A stretch of 64,000 bases of DNA from a virus: IMG/VR virus record IMGVR_UViG_3300003690_003261, positions 6,955 through 70,954 of that record. One strand, given 5' to 3'. Position numbers and translations under genes: made by a program. The notes beneath the pieces were generated by a model. That model saw only the letters and a program-made list of their open reading frames with translations, was not told where the DNA came from and ran no database searches. Shown one piece after another: positions 48,507-58,918 of the stretch; positions within the stretch are counted from its first letter, which is position 1; every line of letters begins with the position of its first letter.

Positions 48507-51500
48507 CACTCACTTCCACTTTCCTCTTCAGAAATTTCTGTTCCAGATGAGCGCTCGTCTCCGAAGGCTTCCTTTAGTTCATCTTCCAACGCGTTCTTGA
48601 GCAACATTAATAATAAATAAACAATCCCAAATGGACCGGGCGGCAACATTAGTAGACCCAAGAAAGTTCCAGTAAAGTCCACCCCTTCAACAGTTATGCG
48701 CGGGAAGAAATTTTCTTTAATTTCTTCCGGGACGTTGTTTCGAGGATCTCGTGGATCGGGGTCGCCTTCTTTATATGTTAGCTGCGGGGGCATTTTCGGG
48801 AGCCCGAAACCGTCGCTGTCAGGATCATCTTCAATCTTCAGAGGATTGCCAATTAAAGGCCCGAAGATCGGATTCAAAAACGGAACCGAATCGGGAGAGA
48901 TTGGAGGAGGAAAAGGCACCAGATGTGCACCATGGTCATGAGGGGGATCTTCCACCGCAAAGGGATCAGGAGGCTCCGCATACAAATGAAATCCGGACTG
49001 GGATGCTTTCATAGCCAGGGTTAGTAAACAGAATAAAAGCTTCAGTACTCCTTCCCCGCTGATCCCGGGTGCAAGGCCGCCGGGAGAATTACCATCTGCA
49101 TCAGGAGGAGGCCCGTCTTTTAGGAATTGGATCGGGGGTGTCACGTCAATTGCTTGTCCAATTTTATAAAAAACAGCGCCCGTAATATCACGAATAATTT
49201 TTGATAGCGCAACGTGTGGGTCCATCATTTCGCTTATTCCCCGCAATATATTAATTGGGGTTTCGATAAGCATCTTTAAAATAAATTCCAAAGCCGATTG
49301 TTGCAAATCACTCAATATATCAGGGCCGCCGGCCGCTAGGGCCTGCGGGCCAGGGCGTCCTGCACGGGGGTCTGTAATGGCATTCTCATTTAGCACCGTG
49401 TCGGTAAAAATTTGTACGCAGCGGGCCTTGGGGGCGCCCAACAATTTATCAAAAGCCGGGAAAAACTGCGTCGTTAAATAAAAATTGTGCATTACAGGTA
49501 TAAGGGTCGTCACATCGCGGCTAAACGTCTTCCCAAAATAATCTTCAAAAACTGGGTCCATGGCAATTGCCAACAGCTCACTATTAGTTCCCTCTTCATT
49601 ATAGAAACCCAGCTGAGTTCTTAATATTGGAACATCTTGTCTCTCATATTGGCCGCTTGATTCTACGAACACAAATTTTGATTCTGTTTGTGTTGTGGCT
49701 ATTTCATTAGCCAAAGGTATAAATGCATCAAGTCTTTTTAGTGGAACCCGATATAAATTAATGTTCTCGCCTAAACTCATTCGACATCGCGGGGCTAAAA
49801 GATTACCCCAGTCCTCTGTAAATAACTTAGACTCCTCTCCTGAGGCCGCGGGGGGTTTGGTCGTGCCGGGCTCTATTATCGTCCCCATGGGGTGGCCATC
49901 TTGGCCGATGAATGCCCGGGCGATTTCTTTTGGTGTATATTCAACCGGAATATCAAGAGACTCTGGGAAATAGTAAACCACATTATATCTAATATTCAGA
50001 TTAGTAAACCTGAGATTAACCTCTGCACCAGATTGTAAGCCCGTTAGTGCTTCTCTAAAGCGCGCACCAAAAACTGCAGTCTTAAATAAATCAAATTCAA
50101 GGCCATACTCTTGGCCGCTTGTGTTGCTAATAATCTCAGGAACGGTGCCGCCGGTGGTGGATTCTACACTGTCCCACACTACTTGGCGCTCTAAAACTAT
50201 CTTTCCATATGCTAGCGAGTTGGTAATGTCGGCTTCTTTAATGGTGTTTTTAGTTCTATTAATAAGATTTGTGAGAGAGTTTCCCCACCCCACATCGTTA
50301 TACCATCTACGCAAAGAGGAATATTTACCATAGCCGCTGCCTCCTAGAGGGCCAGGGTCAATGTTTGGGTTGTGGTGTACATAAACATAAGCATCCTCTT
50401 CGGAGGTGCCGGTCCCATATTCCCACGCCCCGAACCACCCGGGCTGGAATGTAAGAATATCTTCTATAAAGGCTTTATTAAACGGCTTCGGATCCAGCAA
50501 ACTAGAAGATGCCTTCACGGCGTTGGAGACGGGACGCTTAGAATTCATGATGCGATGGCCGGTAAGATATTCTATAATCGCTGGGAAATCCGTGGGGCCA
50601 AATACCATCCCTTCGGGGAATACCACTTCTCCCTCGTGATCCAGGAGGCCTCCGTTTTGAAGAGCGTAAGGGCGTTTAATCTTTTTATTAAAATATTCCA
50701 CCATTTTTTCGCTTATCATCGGGTGACTTCGCACATAACGCTCAACCTGTTCTCTGATTGTCACCGACATAAATTCTCTCACCAATGGCGAACCTAAAAT
50801 ATGATCAATTTCAAAGGCCGAAAACACAAATATATTCTTAATAATAAATTGAGCAATGTGAATCTGAATTAAAAGCAGGAAAAGACCATATCGAATTACT
50901 TCGCGAATCTTGGTCCCCATGGGATTTAGGCCATCGCTATCAGCATCATAGCAGAGGGCGTCTAACATCTCGTCATTTAGTTCTTCTAAAATACTGCTGA
51001 CGTCGAGCAAGTCGGCCACGTCTTCAGGAAGACAATTTGCGTTATCATGAAAAAAGTTTAATGAATTCAACCGCGTAATGTCAAAAATACCGTTTTTCTG
51101 CACATAGTCAAAAGCAGATTCTACGAAGCCGGCATAAACAGCCGGGAACAGGACGGTGTCCACCTCTCTTTTAACTTGCTCTCGGCGTTCGGGGGTATAG
51201 AGACCCAAACTAAGAGTGGGGAACGGTATATTTTCGATTAATGCATCTGTAAACAGCGCAGCATAAGGATTGGTGTCGCGGCCGGAGTCGATGATGGTAG
51301 TGGGGGGCTCAGATGTACCAAATTTTATAGCAGCCTCATAGGTAGGCAAAAGTTTAGATTTTAAAGACACATCAATATATTTGCTATTGGTGTCAGCCTC
51401 TATGGTAGAAAGTGTGGGAAACTTAATTGTTAAGGCATCAATTTCGTTGTTTAGGTCTGATGGCACCATCTGATATTTGGGCACAGACGTGCTCCCGTAA

Positions 51501-54500
51501 AACGACCCCGGGACTGCCTGCCACTGACTTGCAGCTGCAGCGGGAAATGCGAAAGTAAGGTGTGGTGGCTTGTAAGAATCATATCCATTTGACAGAAACA
51601 ATTGAGGCGTCGTAGAATAAAACTTTCCCGACTGTACAAGTTCTGTTCGGGACGCGGACTCCAGAGTAGAAAAAGACTCTCGCGGATCAAATATGGCCGT
51701 GTCCCCCATATAATCTTGAAACTTTTGTGTGAAACTGGCTGGAAAATCATAAGTAATCGCCGGCGGGGTCGAACCTCCCTGCTCGTTTTGATTTGCAATG
51801 TTGGCAAATGCTTCCTCGATCCCGCCTAGGGCCTGGGCAAATTCGGGATCATTAAGCATCTCGTTCATCACGTCTACTACGACCTCTATTACTTCTCCAA
51901 CGACGTCTGCCTCTAGGCCGAGGATCTCTCCTATATCGCAAGTTTCCTCCATGGTGTCCATCATACTGCCCATCGAAGCAAACACCTCTTGCATCCTTTC
52001 AAGAATCTGACGCGCGATCTTGCTCAGTTCTTCACCGCCCTCTCCTACCACGCCGGCCGCGTCGAGGGTGGACCCCATAAGTCGGGTGGCGGGATTATCC
52101 GCAATGCGTGGTTCCTTAAGCGCCTGTTGGGCCGCCCCAACCGAATTAACAAAGTCCTCTTCAATAACCCCAACAACAGTTTGAAGGAGGCCGGGGATTG
52201 TATCATTGAAAAGTGGATTTGCTATAAAGTTGGGGCGATCGGGACATTGTAAGTTGATACCTTGCCCTTCGCCGCGGCCCTTATCGCCCGGGCTGGGAGG
52301 GCGGGCAGCGCCATTGTATGGAGGGCCTCCGGGATTACTAAGACCGAAGGGATCTGGGAGGCCGTCAGCCAATCGTTGCAAAAGTTCATCGATTCTATCA
52401 GGAGCTGCCTCTTCCAACAAACACAAATTATCTATATTTGCCTGGAACAGCTCATTCGCAATCTCATTGCAGAAATCGGTTAGGTCCACAAAGCGAGATA
52501 AGTTAGCAAAGAACCCTATTATGGCGCCATAAGTATTCAGAGTTGTCCGAATCTGTAAATCCGGATATTCTAAATTGAAATCTATGATTTTCTCTATTGT
52601 TTCGTAAGGAACTTCCGCGCGATTCATAAACAAAAAGCATATATCCATTGAACTAAGAATAGCGGATAGGTCTCTTAAATATTTCATTATCTGATCGTAA
52701 GAGAATCCGTCCTTAGCAAAAACTTGGGCGAGGGGTCCCGTTGGCGGTTTTGTCCCGAGATTACCAACAGGGGCCGGAGGTACTGGCGTAAGAGGAGTCC
52801 CATTAGGATTTAAAGCTGATTGGTTGGAAATATTGGGCATCCCCGCACTATCATTTAAGTTGTTGGCAACCAAATCCGCCAAATCATTGGCGCCGTAGTC
52901 GTCTGCGCGAGGATTGTTTAACTTGCACAGTTCCTTCAAAAGAGCTGCTAATGCCTTTACAATTTCTAAAAGAGACTCCATAAGAGTGTCGATCAGCATC
53001 TTCCTTATCTGAGGCCATAGTTGCCCGTCGACGGTGAATATTTCAAACATCGACAGATCAATTTCTGGCATCGACATCGCATTTTTCGGCCCTTCTGGCT
53101 CCTCGTAAATTTGCAGCCCCACTTGCCTTATCGCGCCGCTGACAGCCTTAAGCAACCGAGCAAATGCCGGCGCAAGACCGAAGGTAGCACAAATCATTGC
53201 TTCCTTCGCCAACTCATCAATTCCTATTTTACGAAGTAGCAATCCTAATTTGGAATTCTTTTTAATACCGGGGAAATTGCCCTCTAAAACACCCTCGATG
53301 CCTTTAGTCACATCCATTGCAGTTTTTAAGGCTTTAGCTTTATTTGCTGCAACTACTTTCTTGTATACTTCAGGATTCTCTCTTACTTTTTGCCTATACT
53401 CTCGCATTTCTTTTGGCGAGAGCGCAAGCTTAAATCCCTTTTCTAAATTCTTAACATCCCCGAGATCGATCACTCCATACTTGGCTGCTTCCTTAAGAAA
53501 AAGGTTTTCTGTATCAACAGGTTTGGGGAGATCATCCCACACAAAATTACTATCTAACCCAAAATCTCCGGGCGAAGTACTTCCCAAGAAGTCTATAAAG
53601 GAAAAATCTGGAGCATTCGGGCCTGAGGCAAGGCCCATCACTCGCACTAGCATTTCGTAATTTTTGAGCGTCGCCAAAATTAAAGGATCATTAAGCTGCA
53701 CGTTATATAAAATGTTTGTCATATAACCAGTTCTTAACGTTTGGCGCGAGAGAGATATTTCATTTACTACATAAGAGATTCCAGAAATTACAGGTTTCCC
53801 ACGATGGACTCCACTAATACGGTTGCCAAAATGAAGAACAAGCAAATCAGCATCTGTAAACTCAACCTGGGAAGCCGACAGTGTAAAAGTGCCAGTATTA
53901 TAGGCATCCGTCAAGTCTTTCATCAATTCTGCTACAACCATATGTAAGATTTTCATCATCCCCTGTTGCGTCGAATTAAAATCTAAATTAATAGGAAGGG
54001 CGCCTGGGAATCCATCTAGTTGCCGCTGAAATGAGGAAAGGCCGTCGTTCACCAAATTATTAGTTTCTAAAAGAGACCCGATCACCAAAGTAGTAGAAGC
54101 ACTACCTCCTTTAATCCCCTCATCTACATTAAAAAGCTCAATGGCCTCATCAATATCGGGAAGCATTCCTATAGCCCCAAGCATATCTTTCATTATTTTG
54201 GGGGAATAAGTTGAAACAGTGAGAGTTTCGTCGGAATCTGGGATTGCCATACCATTCACTAAATTATAGCTAGCCATCGAAGCTTTGGTATTTGCCTTAA
54301 GAAGCGTCACATCATTGTAAGTTAGTGGGAGACCAAACTCTTCCAAAGTAACTAGAACCATGTGCTTTGTGGGCTTTAAGACAGGGCTGGCCGGCTCGTA
54401 GTACACTGCCGTCAGTCTGGGCGCTTCGGGGTTGCTTATACTGGTGCGCACACGCTCATAGGCTGCCTCGGTCTCTGTATCAATGCTTCCCTCTTTGTCC

Positions 54501-54751
54501 CGTATATCAATCCGATAAGCCGAATAATATTCCGGAAAATAGTGCAACATAATACGATTAGTAGCCCGCTGTCGAATTTGAGGAAGTTGGCTGTTGAAAT
54601 CGTTGGTACTTGCAAACTTATCAAACACCACCTTAACCTTTATTGTTCGACTAGCCAGATCGAAAAATGGGATGTCCCTCTTTTCTGAACGAAAGCCGGT
54701 CTTATTGGCCTCGGCATCACTTAGAAGATAATCAGATATTTGTGTAGGCAT
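48503..54751 (-). CDS. Very large acidic, mostly helical hypothetical virion protein (2082 aa)
   Basis: Uninterrupted ORF between the gp5-like and gp25 genes; no enzymatic motif recognised. Confidence 0.65.
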   Translation of the reverse strand: MPTQISDYLLSDAEANKTGFRSEKRDIPFFDLASRTIKVKVVFDKFASTNDFNSQLPQIRQRATNRIMLHYFPEYYSAYRIDIRDKEGSIDTETEAAYERVRTSISNPEAPRLTAVYYEPASPVLKPTKHMVLVTLEEFGLPLTYNDVTLLKANTKASMASYNLVNGMAIPDSDETLTVSTYSPKIMKDMLGAIGMLPDIDEAIELFNVDEGIKGGSASTTLVIGSLLETNNLVNDGLSSFQRQLDGFPGALPINLDFNSTQQGMMKILHMVVAELMKDLTDAYNTGTFTLSASQVEFTDADLLVLHFGNRISGVHRGKPVISGISYVVNEISLSRQTLRTGYMTNILYNVQLNDPLILATLKNYEMLVRVMGLASGPNAPDFSFIDFLGSTSPGDFGLDSNFVWDDLPKPVDTENLFLKEAAKYGVIDLGDVKNLEKGFKLALSPKEMREYRQKVRENPEVYKKVVAANKAKALKTAMDVTKGIEGVLEGNFPGIKKNSKLGLLLRKIGIDELAKEAMICATFGLAPAFARLLKAVSGAIRQVGLQIYEEPEGPKNAMSMPEIDLSMFEIFTVDGQLWPQIRKMLIDTLMESLLEIVKALAALLKELCKLNNPRADDYGANDLADLVANNLNDSAGMPNISNQSALNPNGTPLTPVPPAPVGNLGTKPPTGPLAQVFAKDGFSYDQIMKYLRDLSAILSSMDICFLFMNRAEVPYETIEKIIDFNLEYPDLQIRTTLNTYGAIIGFFANLSRFVDLTDFCNEIANELFQANIDNLCLLEEAAPDRIDELLQRLADGLPDPFGLSNPGGPPYNGAARPPSPGDKGRGEGQGINLQCPDRPNFIANPLFNDTIPGLLQTVVGVIEEDFVNSVGAAQQALKEPRIADNPATRLMGSTLDAAGVVGEGGEELSKIARQILERMQEVFASMGSMMDTMEETCDIGEILGLEADVVGEVIEVVVDVMNEMLNDPEFAQALGGIEEAFANIANQNEQGGSTPPAITYDFPASFTQKFQDYMGDTAIFDPRESFSTLESASRTELVQSGKFYSTTPQLFLSNGYDSYKPPHLTFAFPAAAASQWQAVPGSFYGSTSVPKYQMVPSDLNNEIDALTIKFPTLSTIEADTNSKYIDVSLKSKLLPTYEAAIKFGTSEPPTTIIDSGRDTNPYAALFTDALIENIPFPTLSLGLYTPERREQVKREVDTVLFPAVYAGFVESAFDYVQKNGIFDITRLNSLNFFHDNANCLPEDVADLLDVSSILEELNDEMLDALCYDADSDGLNPMGTKIREVIRYGLFLLLIQIHIAQFIIKNIFVFSAFEIDHILGSPLVREFMSVTIREQVERYVRSHPMISEKMVEYFNKKIKRPYALQNGGLLDHEGEVVFPEGMVFGPTDFPAIIEYLTGHRIMNSKRPVSNAVKASSSLLDPKPFNKAFIEDILTFQPGWFGAWEYGTGTSEEDAYVYVHHNPNIDPGPLGGSGYGKYSSLRRWYNDVGWGNSLTNLINRTKNTIKEADITNSLAYGKIVLERQVVWDSVESTTGGTVPEIISNTSGQEYGLEFDLFKTAVFGARFREALTGLQSGAEVNLRFTNLNIRYNVVYYFPESLDIPVEYTPKEIARAFIGQDGHPMGTIIEPGTTKPPAASGEESKLFTEDWGNLLAPRCRMSLGENINLYRVPLKRLDAFIPLANEIATTQTESKFVFVESSGQYERQDVPILRTQLGFYNEEGTNSELLAIAMDPVFEDYFGKTFSRDVTTLIPVMHNFYLTTQFFPAFDKLLGAPKARCVQIFTDTVLNENAITDPRAGRPGPQALAAGGPDILSDLQQSALEFILKMLIETPINILRGISEMMDPHVALSKIIRDITGAVFYKIGQAIDVTPPIQFLKDGPPPDADGNSPGGLAPGISGEGVLKLLFCLLTLAMKASQSGFHLYAEPPDPFAVEDPPHDHGAHLVPFPPPISPDSVPFLNPIFGPLIGNPLKIEDDPDSDGFGLPKMPPQLTYKEGDPDPRDPRNNVPEEIKENFFPRITVEGVDFTGTFLGLLMLPPGPFGIVYLLLMLLKNALEDELKEAFGDERSSGTEISEEESGSEC

Positions 54752-54765
54752 AAGATATACTTTAA

Positions 54766-55785
54766 TTAATTATTAGAATTATATGGGCTGAGAATATTTT
54801 TAGACTGTGAATTGCCGTCGACCGTTTCTACTCCTGTCGGTTCAAGATATTCAAAGATTAACTGATTAAGAGCCTGCTGCGTCGTCATATTTCCAACATC
54901 TACATTTGTAATATTGTTGATAATAACGTTGATACCATCGGGCAACACCCCCATAAAATCAGGAGAAGTTTGGGATCCATAAAACGGAGAGAGGTGTTTG
55001 TGAGATAGAAGAGCTTGATGCATTTTCCTCGTCTCAGAAACATATGTCCCCAAGGTGGATAATATTGTAGAGGTAGTCATAATCATTGCCACCAGAAGGT
55101 TTTTTAAATTTTCTCCTTTCACCATAGGCTGCAAGCTGTCGGTGTCGTTCATCGCCACAATATCAATACCATACTGGCTTGTCATCGCTCTTCCAAGTGT
55201 GCCTCCCTGAGAATTCAACTTATCCGTGCGTGTCACCAATTTAATGTTCTCGCGCGCGATCAATCTTACAGTATCGGCCTTAACGGCAACCGTAGACCTC
55301 GGGTTATCCATACTGGTGTTCCCTACGTTTCCGGGCTTTAATCTAAAATTTCCATCTACATCAGTTTTTTGACTGACATATATCCTCGCCGCGTCAATAA
55401 CAAAATCATTATCAACTTTAATGGGCGTAGACTGCCCATTTAGGGCTTCGTTGCTATGCGCGAACCAAGCTTTACGGCCGGCGCAAATATCAATCGTGGC
55501 ACAGTGGGTGCCGTTCTGGCCACCAAAGCCACTATTTTCAAAACTTGGCCGGTCTAAACCACAAACAATGGTACAATTTCCTCGATGTGTGGAGGCAAGG
55601 TCGATTTCATAAGTCATTAAATTTGGAGCCGGCGAATCAAAATTGGGCCGCGCGCGGCCTCCAAAGCCCAAATAAAGCGCCTGCTCTTCTTCGCTCAATT
55701 CGTCGAACATTGCGCGCTGTTCGTCATCCATCGCATTAAGATTTATAATGCGACTTTCTCTTTGGGGTCCTGGATTAATCGACAT
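54766..55785 (-). CDS. Baseplate hub/spike-associated protein (gp5 C-terminal-like)
   Basis: Short beta repeats (DAARIYVSQKTDVD, VAVKADTVRLIARENIKLVT); located in the baseplate module. Confidence 0.5.
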   Translation of the reverse strand: MSINPGPQRESRIINLNAMDDEQRAMFDELSEEEQALYLGFGGRARPNFDSPAPNLMTYEIDLASTHRGNCTIVCGLDRPSFENSGFGGQNGTHCATIDICAGRKAWFAHSNEALNGQSTPIKVDNDFVIDAARIYVSQKTDVDGNFRLKPGNVGNTSMDNPRSTVAVKADTVRLIARENIKLVTRTDKLNSQGGTLGRAMTSQYGIDIVAMNDTDSLQPMVKGENLKNLLVAMIMTTSTILSTLGTYVSETRKMHQALLSHKHLSPFYGSQTSPDFMGVLPDGINVIINNITNVDVGNMTTQQALNQLIFEYLEPTGVETVDGNSQSKNILSPYNSNN

Positions 55786-55806
55786 ATCTTATATTCTCTT
55801 TATCTC

Positions 55807-56967
55807 TCATGCTATTAGAATTGGTTCCAGATAGTCAGCGTCTTCTTTGTCAAGTTTTGATCGGCGGTTGGCTGTCGCAATATTCTTTGGACCTTCCCTA
55901 GTCTCGCTTAGTCCCCACGACATGTGAAAGTGGCCACCAGTGGAGGCACTGGTAGGATTGGTGTACTCATCTATAAATCTAAAGTTATTGTCGCCGGCGG
56001 AATAGGCTAAAAGTACTTCTGTTACACGATTCAGGGCCGGGGCGCCGTGAGGGGAAAGGGTAAAATCCACAGCCTTTCCCTGTGTGTGGCGGCTCGTATA
56101 ACAATCCCCATCTTCCCCCGAGGTGCGTACACCGTCATCGTTGCATAGAAGTCCATGATGGAATAAATCATTGCCACCCGTCAGGATATAACGGAAATGA
56201 GCCGGGGTGTTGTTCTTTAGCGTCTTCATAACAGCTATAACTGCTTTAGACATCTCAGAAGACATGTCACCGCCCGAACTCAATTCCCCACGGCCGTTCT
56301 TTTTCTGTTCTCGGAAGCGTGGGCCCAGGAGATTAAGTGTTGCTCGTATTCTGTCAGCTTCGGGAGTAGGTCCTTCAAATGGCGTGGCGGCTGCAAAGCC
56401 CAGGACAGCCTTTGGAACACGCTTCCATAATGTTTTTAACTTACTTTGATCGAGACCCTCAAATGCAAAATAGATGTCCCCCTCAACAGACACAATAAAC
56501 GGATCAGTAAGGGTCGCCAAACTGGAGTATTGCACTTTCACTACCGTGCCGATCTCGATCGGCTCCGAGAATTTGCTGGATGGATAAACATCCGGGTAGG
56601 TATAAACAACCGGATCATCCAAAGACAGAGGATAGGGCCGGCATTCTATTTCAGGAATATAAACCTTATAAATAAAGTACTCTGTAACCTTAGGATCTTC
56701 GACGCCCATTTTCACCAACAGGTGATCTTTGCGGGCATAGGCGGCATCGATGCTCGATCGAACAGAGATAATAATACCGTTGAATTGGGTCACCCCCTTC
56801 ATTGTATCCCTGCCAAAGGTGTCCCTTAGAGAGGTATTTAAGAAAAATTTACTTGAGCCGCGGCGTGGAGATCCAGAGCCGCGAGCGCTGGTGTCACCAA
56901 AATTATTGAGGGTACCAAATTCCAACTCATGTAGGCGTAACCCTCCGGGTGGTCTTTCTTCAGTCAT
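55807..56967 (-). CDS. gp5-like OB-fold N-terminus fused to a zinc peptidase M15-like (LAS) domain
   Basis: YKVYIPE...IGTVVKVQY in the N-terminal half. SRHTQGKAVD (H-x6-D) and GHFH (HxH) in the C-terminal half. ATG 56967 overlaps the upstream stop. Confidence 0.7.
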   Translation of the reverse strand: MTEERPPGGLRLHELEFGTLNNFGDTSARGSGSPRRGSSKFFLNTSLRDTFGRDTMKGVTQFNGIIISVRSSIDAAYARKDHLLVKMGVEDPKVTEYFIYKVYIPEIECRPYPLSLDDPVVYTYPDVYPSSKFSEPIEIGTVVKVQYSSLATLTDPFIVSVEGDIYFAFEGLDQSKLKTLWKRVPKAVLGFAAATPFEGPTPEADRIRATLNLLGPRFREQKKNGRGELSSGGDMSSEMSKAVIAVMKTLKNNTPAHFRYILTGGNDLFHHGLLCNDDGVRTSGEDGDCYTSRHTQGKAVDFTLSPHGAPALNRVTEVLLAYSAGDNNFRFIDEYTNPTSASTGGHFHMSWGLSETREGPKNIATANRRSKLDKEDADYLEPILIA

Positions 56968-57268
56968 CCTTTTGTCCCTCATTTAAGAGATCAAATAATT
57001 GCTCTTTATCATCAGCCGTCAGCCCCATATGGTGCTCGCTCTGTTTCTGCAAAAGAACAGACAACTTTATAAGCTGTTCATTAGACCGTTGTAAATTTTC
57101 AATATATTTAGCGGCAATAGAACCAAGCTCACGCCGGGCGGCATCGGATTGTTTCATGTCTGCCAGAGCATCCATTAAAAGGGACTTTGCCATCGCCCGG
57201 TCCTCCCGAATATTCGTAGTTGTTTCATCGATATACTCTTCTAAATTTAAATTGCGCCGCTTTCCCAT
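56960..57268 (-). CDS. Small helical protein; possible terminase small subunit
   Basis: 102-aa all-helical sequence with LLMDA...SNEQLIKL; only a weak by-eye resemblance to T4 gp16. Confidence 0.35.
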   Translation of the reverse strand: MGKRRNLNLEEYIDETTTNIREDRAMAKSLLMDALADMKQSDAARRELGSIAAKYIENLQRSNEQLIKLSVLLQKQSEHHMGLTADDKEQLFDLLNEGQKDD

Positions 57269-57954
57269 TTGTCTTTAAATACCCTATACTTTTTTCTTAA
57301 TTTATTTAAGTTATTAACAACTTGCTTCGTATTAAGTCCTGTAATCTCTCGTAGGTATAAATAAATAGCTTTTTTATTAAAAATTTCAATTGTATCGGCC
57401 GAATCTAGCAAAATTCGAACCGCCATAAGCACCTTTCTCTCGTTTTCTTTAAGCATAAAGGAGTCCCACGTGTCAATCTCGTTGTTCAAAGATTCCCAAA
57501 ATTCTAGCTCTGATCGCTTTTGTTCATAAGTTGGCTCCTTCGAAATAATGTCTTCTTCCAACTGATTGATCATATCTTCTAGAAATACTTCTGTCTTATT
57601 TCTTTTTTGGGTCTTCTTAACCTTATGAATAAACCAGTTTTTGGTTACTACAGAAAAATAGGAAAAGGCTTTTGACCCCTTGTTGGGATCGTATTTATTT
57701 AAAATAGTAGTAAGCCATACCTTACAATCATCTTTCAAATAATCAATATTTGGTAAACTGGTAAATCTATAGGTATAGATAATCTTGTCTACCATTTGAT
57801 CAAAAGCTGGTTGGATATATTCTATGTATAGTTTTGCCTTTAACTCTCGATCGTTGCTGTTAGCATATTTTACTATGGCATCTTCGTGGACCTGTGTAAA
57901 ATAATGGTTCTTTTTACTGCCGCGCGTTTTCTTGCGCATCCTCTTCGGTTGCAT
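57247..57954 (-). CDS. Late-transcription sigma factor (T4 gp55-like)
   Basis: Region-2 pattern NKYDPNKGSKAFSYFSVVTKNWFI, plus a C-terminal HTH-like LREITGLNTKQV. Confidence 0.8.
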   Translation of the reverse strand: MQPKRMRKKTRGSKKNHYFTQVHEDAIVKYANSNDRELKAKLYIEYIQPAFDQMVDKIIYTYRFTSLPNIDYLKDDCKVWLTTILNKYDPNKGSKAFSYFSVVTKNWFIHKVKKTQKRNKTEVFLEDMINQLEEDIISKEPTYEQKRSELEFWESLNNEIDTWDSFMLKENERKVLMAVRILLDSADTIEIFNKKAIYLYLREITGLNTKQVVNNLNKLRKKYRVFKDKWESGAI

Positions 57955-58246
57955 TCAGTTCATCCTCTAATTCTTCATCCAATGTATATTCAAATATCTC
58001 TCGGAATGTCTCCATTTCTTCGCTTACCTCTTGAATCCGATGTATCAATTCCTGAATCATGGGCTCGCCATGATAGTTATCCATACCATACAGTGATCGC
58101 ACAAAGATTCTGAACGAGCGTGTGGTGAAATACAGGTCTCCTATACTTTCGGAGATAAAAAAGAATTTTCTTAATAGTCTAACCACATACCAACACAATA
58201 ATAGGTTTAAAATAACAGAAATTCCCAACGCTACATATACAGACAT
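57914..58246 (-). CDS. Small N-terminal TM protein (110 aa)
   Basis: ATG 58246 sits just after the upstream stop; TM VYVALGISVILNLLLCWYV and an acidic tail. Confidence 0.6.
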   Translation of the reverse strand: MSVYVALGISVILNLLLCWYVVRLLRKFFFISESIGDLYFTTRSFRIFVRSLYGMDNYHGEPMIQELIHRIQEVSEEMETFREIFEYTLDEELEDELNATEEDAQENARQ

Positions 58247-58248
58247 GA

Positions 58249-58497
58249 TTATTTCTTCTTGTTTAGCTCTTTTACTTGTTGTTTCAGGTCTTGCCGCGCA
58301 TCTTGAATAAATTCTTCCGTAACTTGACCCACCTTTTCTTGTGTGGGACCAGTAGGCTTTGTAGTAAAGGTGGTTACTAGCTTTACCAAAGCGCCGCACC
58401 GGTCGCACTCAGGACAGGTAGTAGCCCTCTCGTTTGACAAATGTTGATGTGTTGATACACTACTGCACACACTACACCGGTAAGAGTACCGGGGCAT
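58249..58497 (-). CDS. FmdB-family zinc-ribbon protein
   Basis: MPRYSYRCSVC...CPEC pattern. Confidence 0.8.
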   Translation of the reverse strand: MPRYSYRCSVCSSVSTHQHLSNERATTCPECDRCGALVKLVTTFTTKPTGPTQEKVGQVTEEFIQDARQDLKQQVKELNKKK

Positions 58498-58680
58498 TTA
58501 CGTGCTAAGCTTTGCGACTGCGACTTCTAATGCTACGAGTCTATCGTGGATACTCGCAAGATGCTTCTCAAGATCACGTGCTTGTTGCCGAACTGCGTTG
58601 CGGACAACTTGCTCCGAAATCTCTCGTACGCTGGTCTCCGTTAAACGGGGAGCCGTCGGGTTTTCATCTTTAAAATTCAT
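58498..58680 (-). CDS. Small coiled-coil hypothetical protein (60 aa)
   Basis: AAGGAG RBS before ATG 58680; stop abuts the next ATG. Confidence 0.55.
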   Translation of the reverse strand: MNFKDENPTAPRLTETSVREISEQVVRNAVRQQARDLEKHLASIHDRLVALEVAVAKLST

Positions 58681-58693
58681 GAATATTTCTCCT

Positions 58694-58918
58694 TTATTGG
58701 TCAATTTCTTCTATATCAAAAGCGGGCGTAACGCCCCCTAAAGAAACAATAGGAGGATTATTGACCACTAATTCTCCCTTTTTAGAGCCCCATCTTTTTG
58801 TATCTGGGGCTTTCTCGAATTGCATTGATTGTAAAACCGGAACAATATCACTTTGCTCCATCAATGACTTTTGAAGGGCCATCATAATAGCCCCCATTGC
58901 TTGATTACTTAATTTCAT
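58694..58918 (-). CDS. Hypothetical protein (74 aa)
   Basis: TAATG coupling with the upstream gene; GGAG RBS. Confidence 0.6.
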   Translation of the reverse strand: MKLSNQAMGAIMMALQKSLMEQSDIVPVLQSMQFEKAPDTKRWGSKKGELVVNNPPIVSLGGVTPAFDIEEIDQ

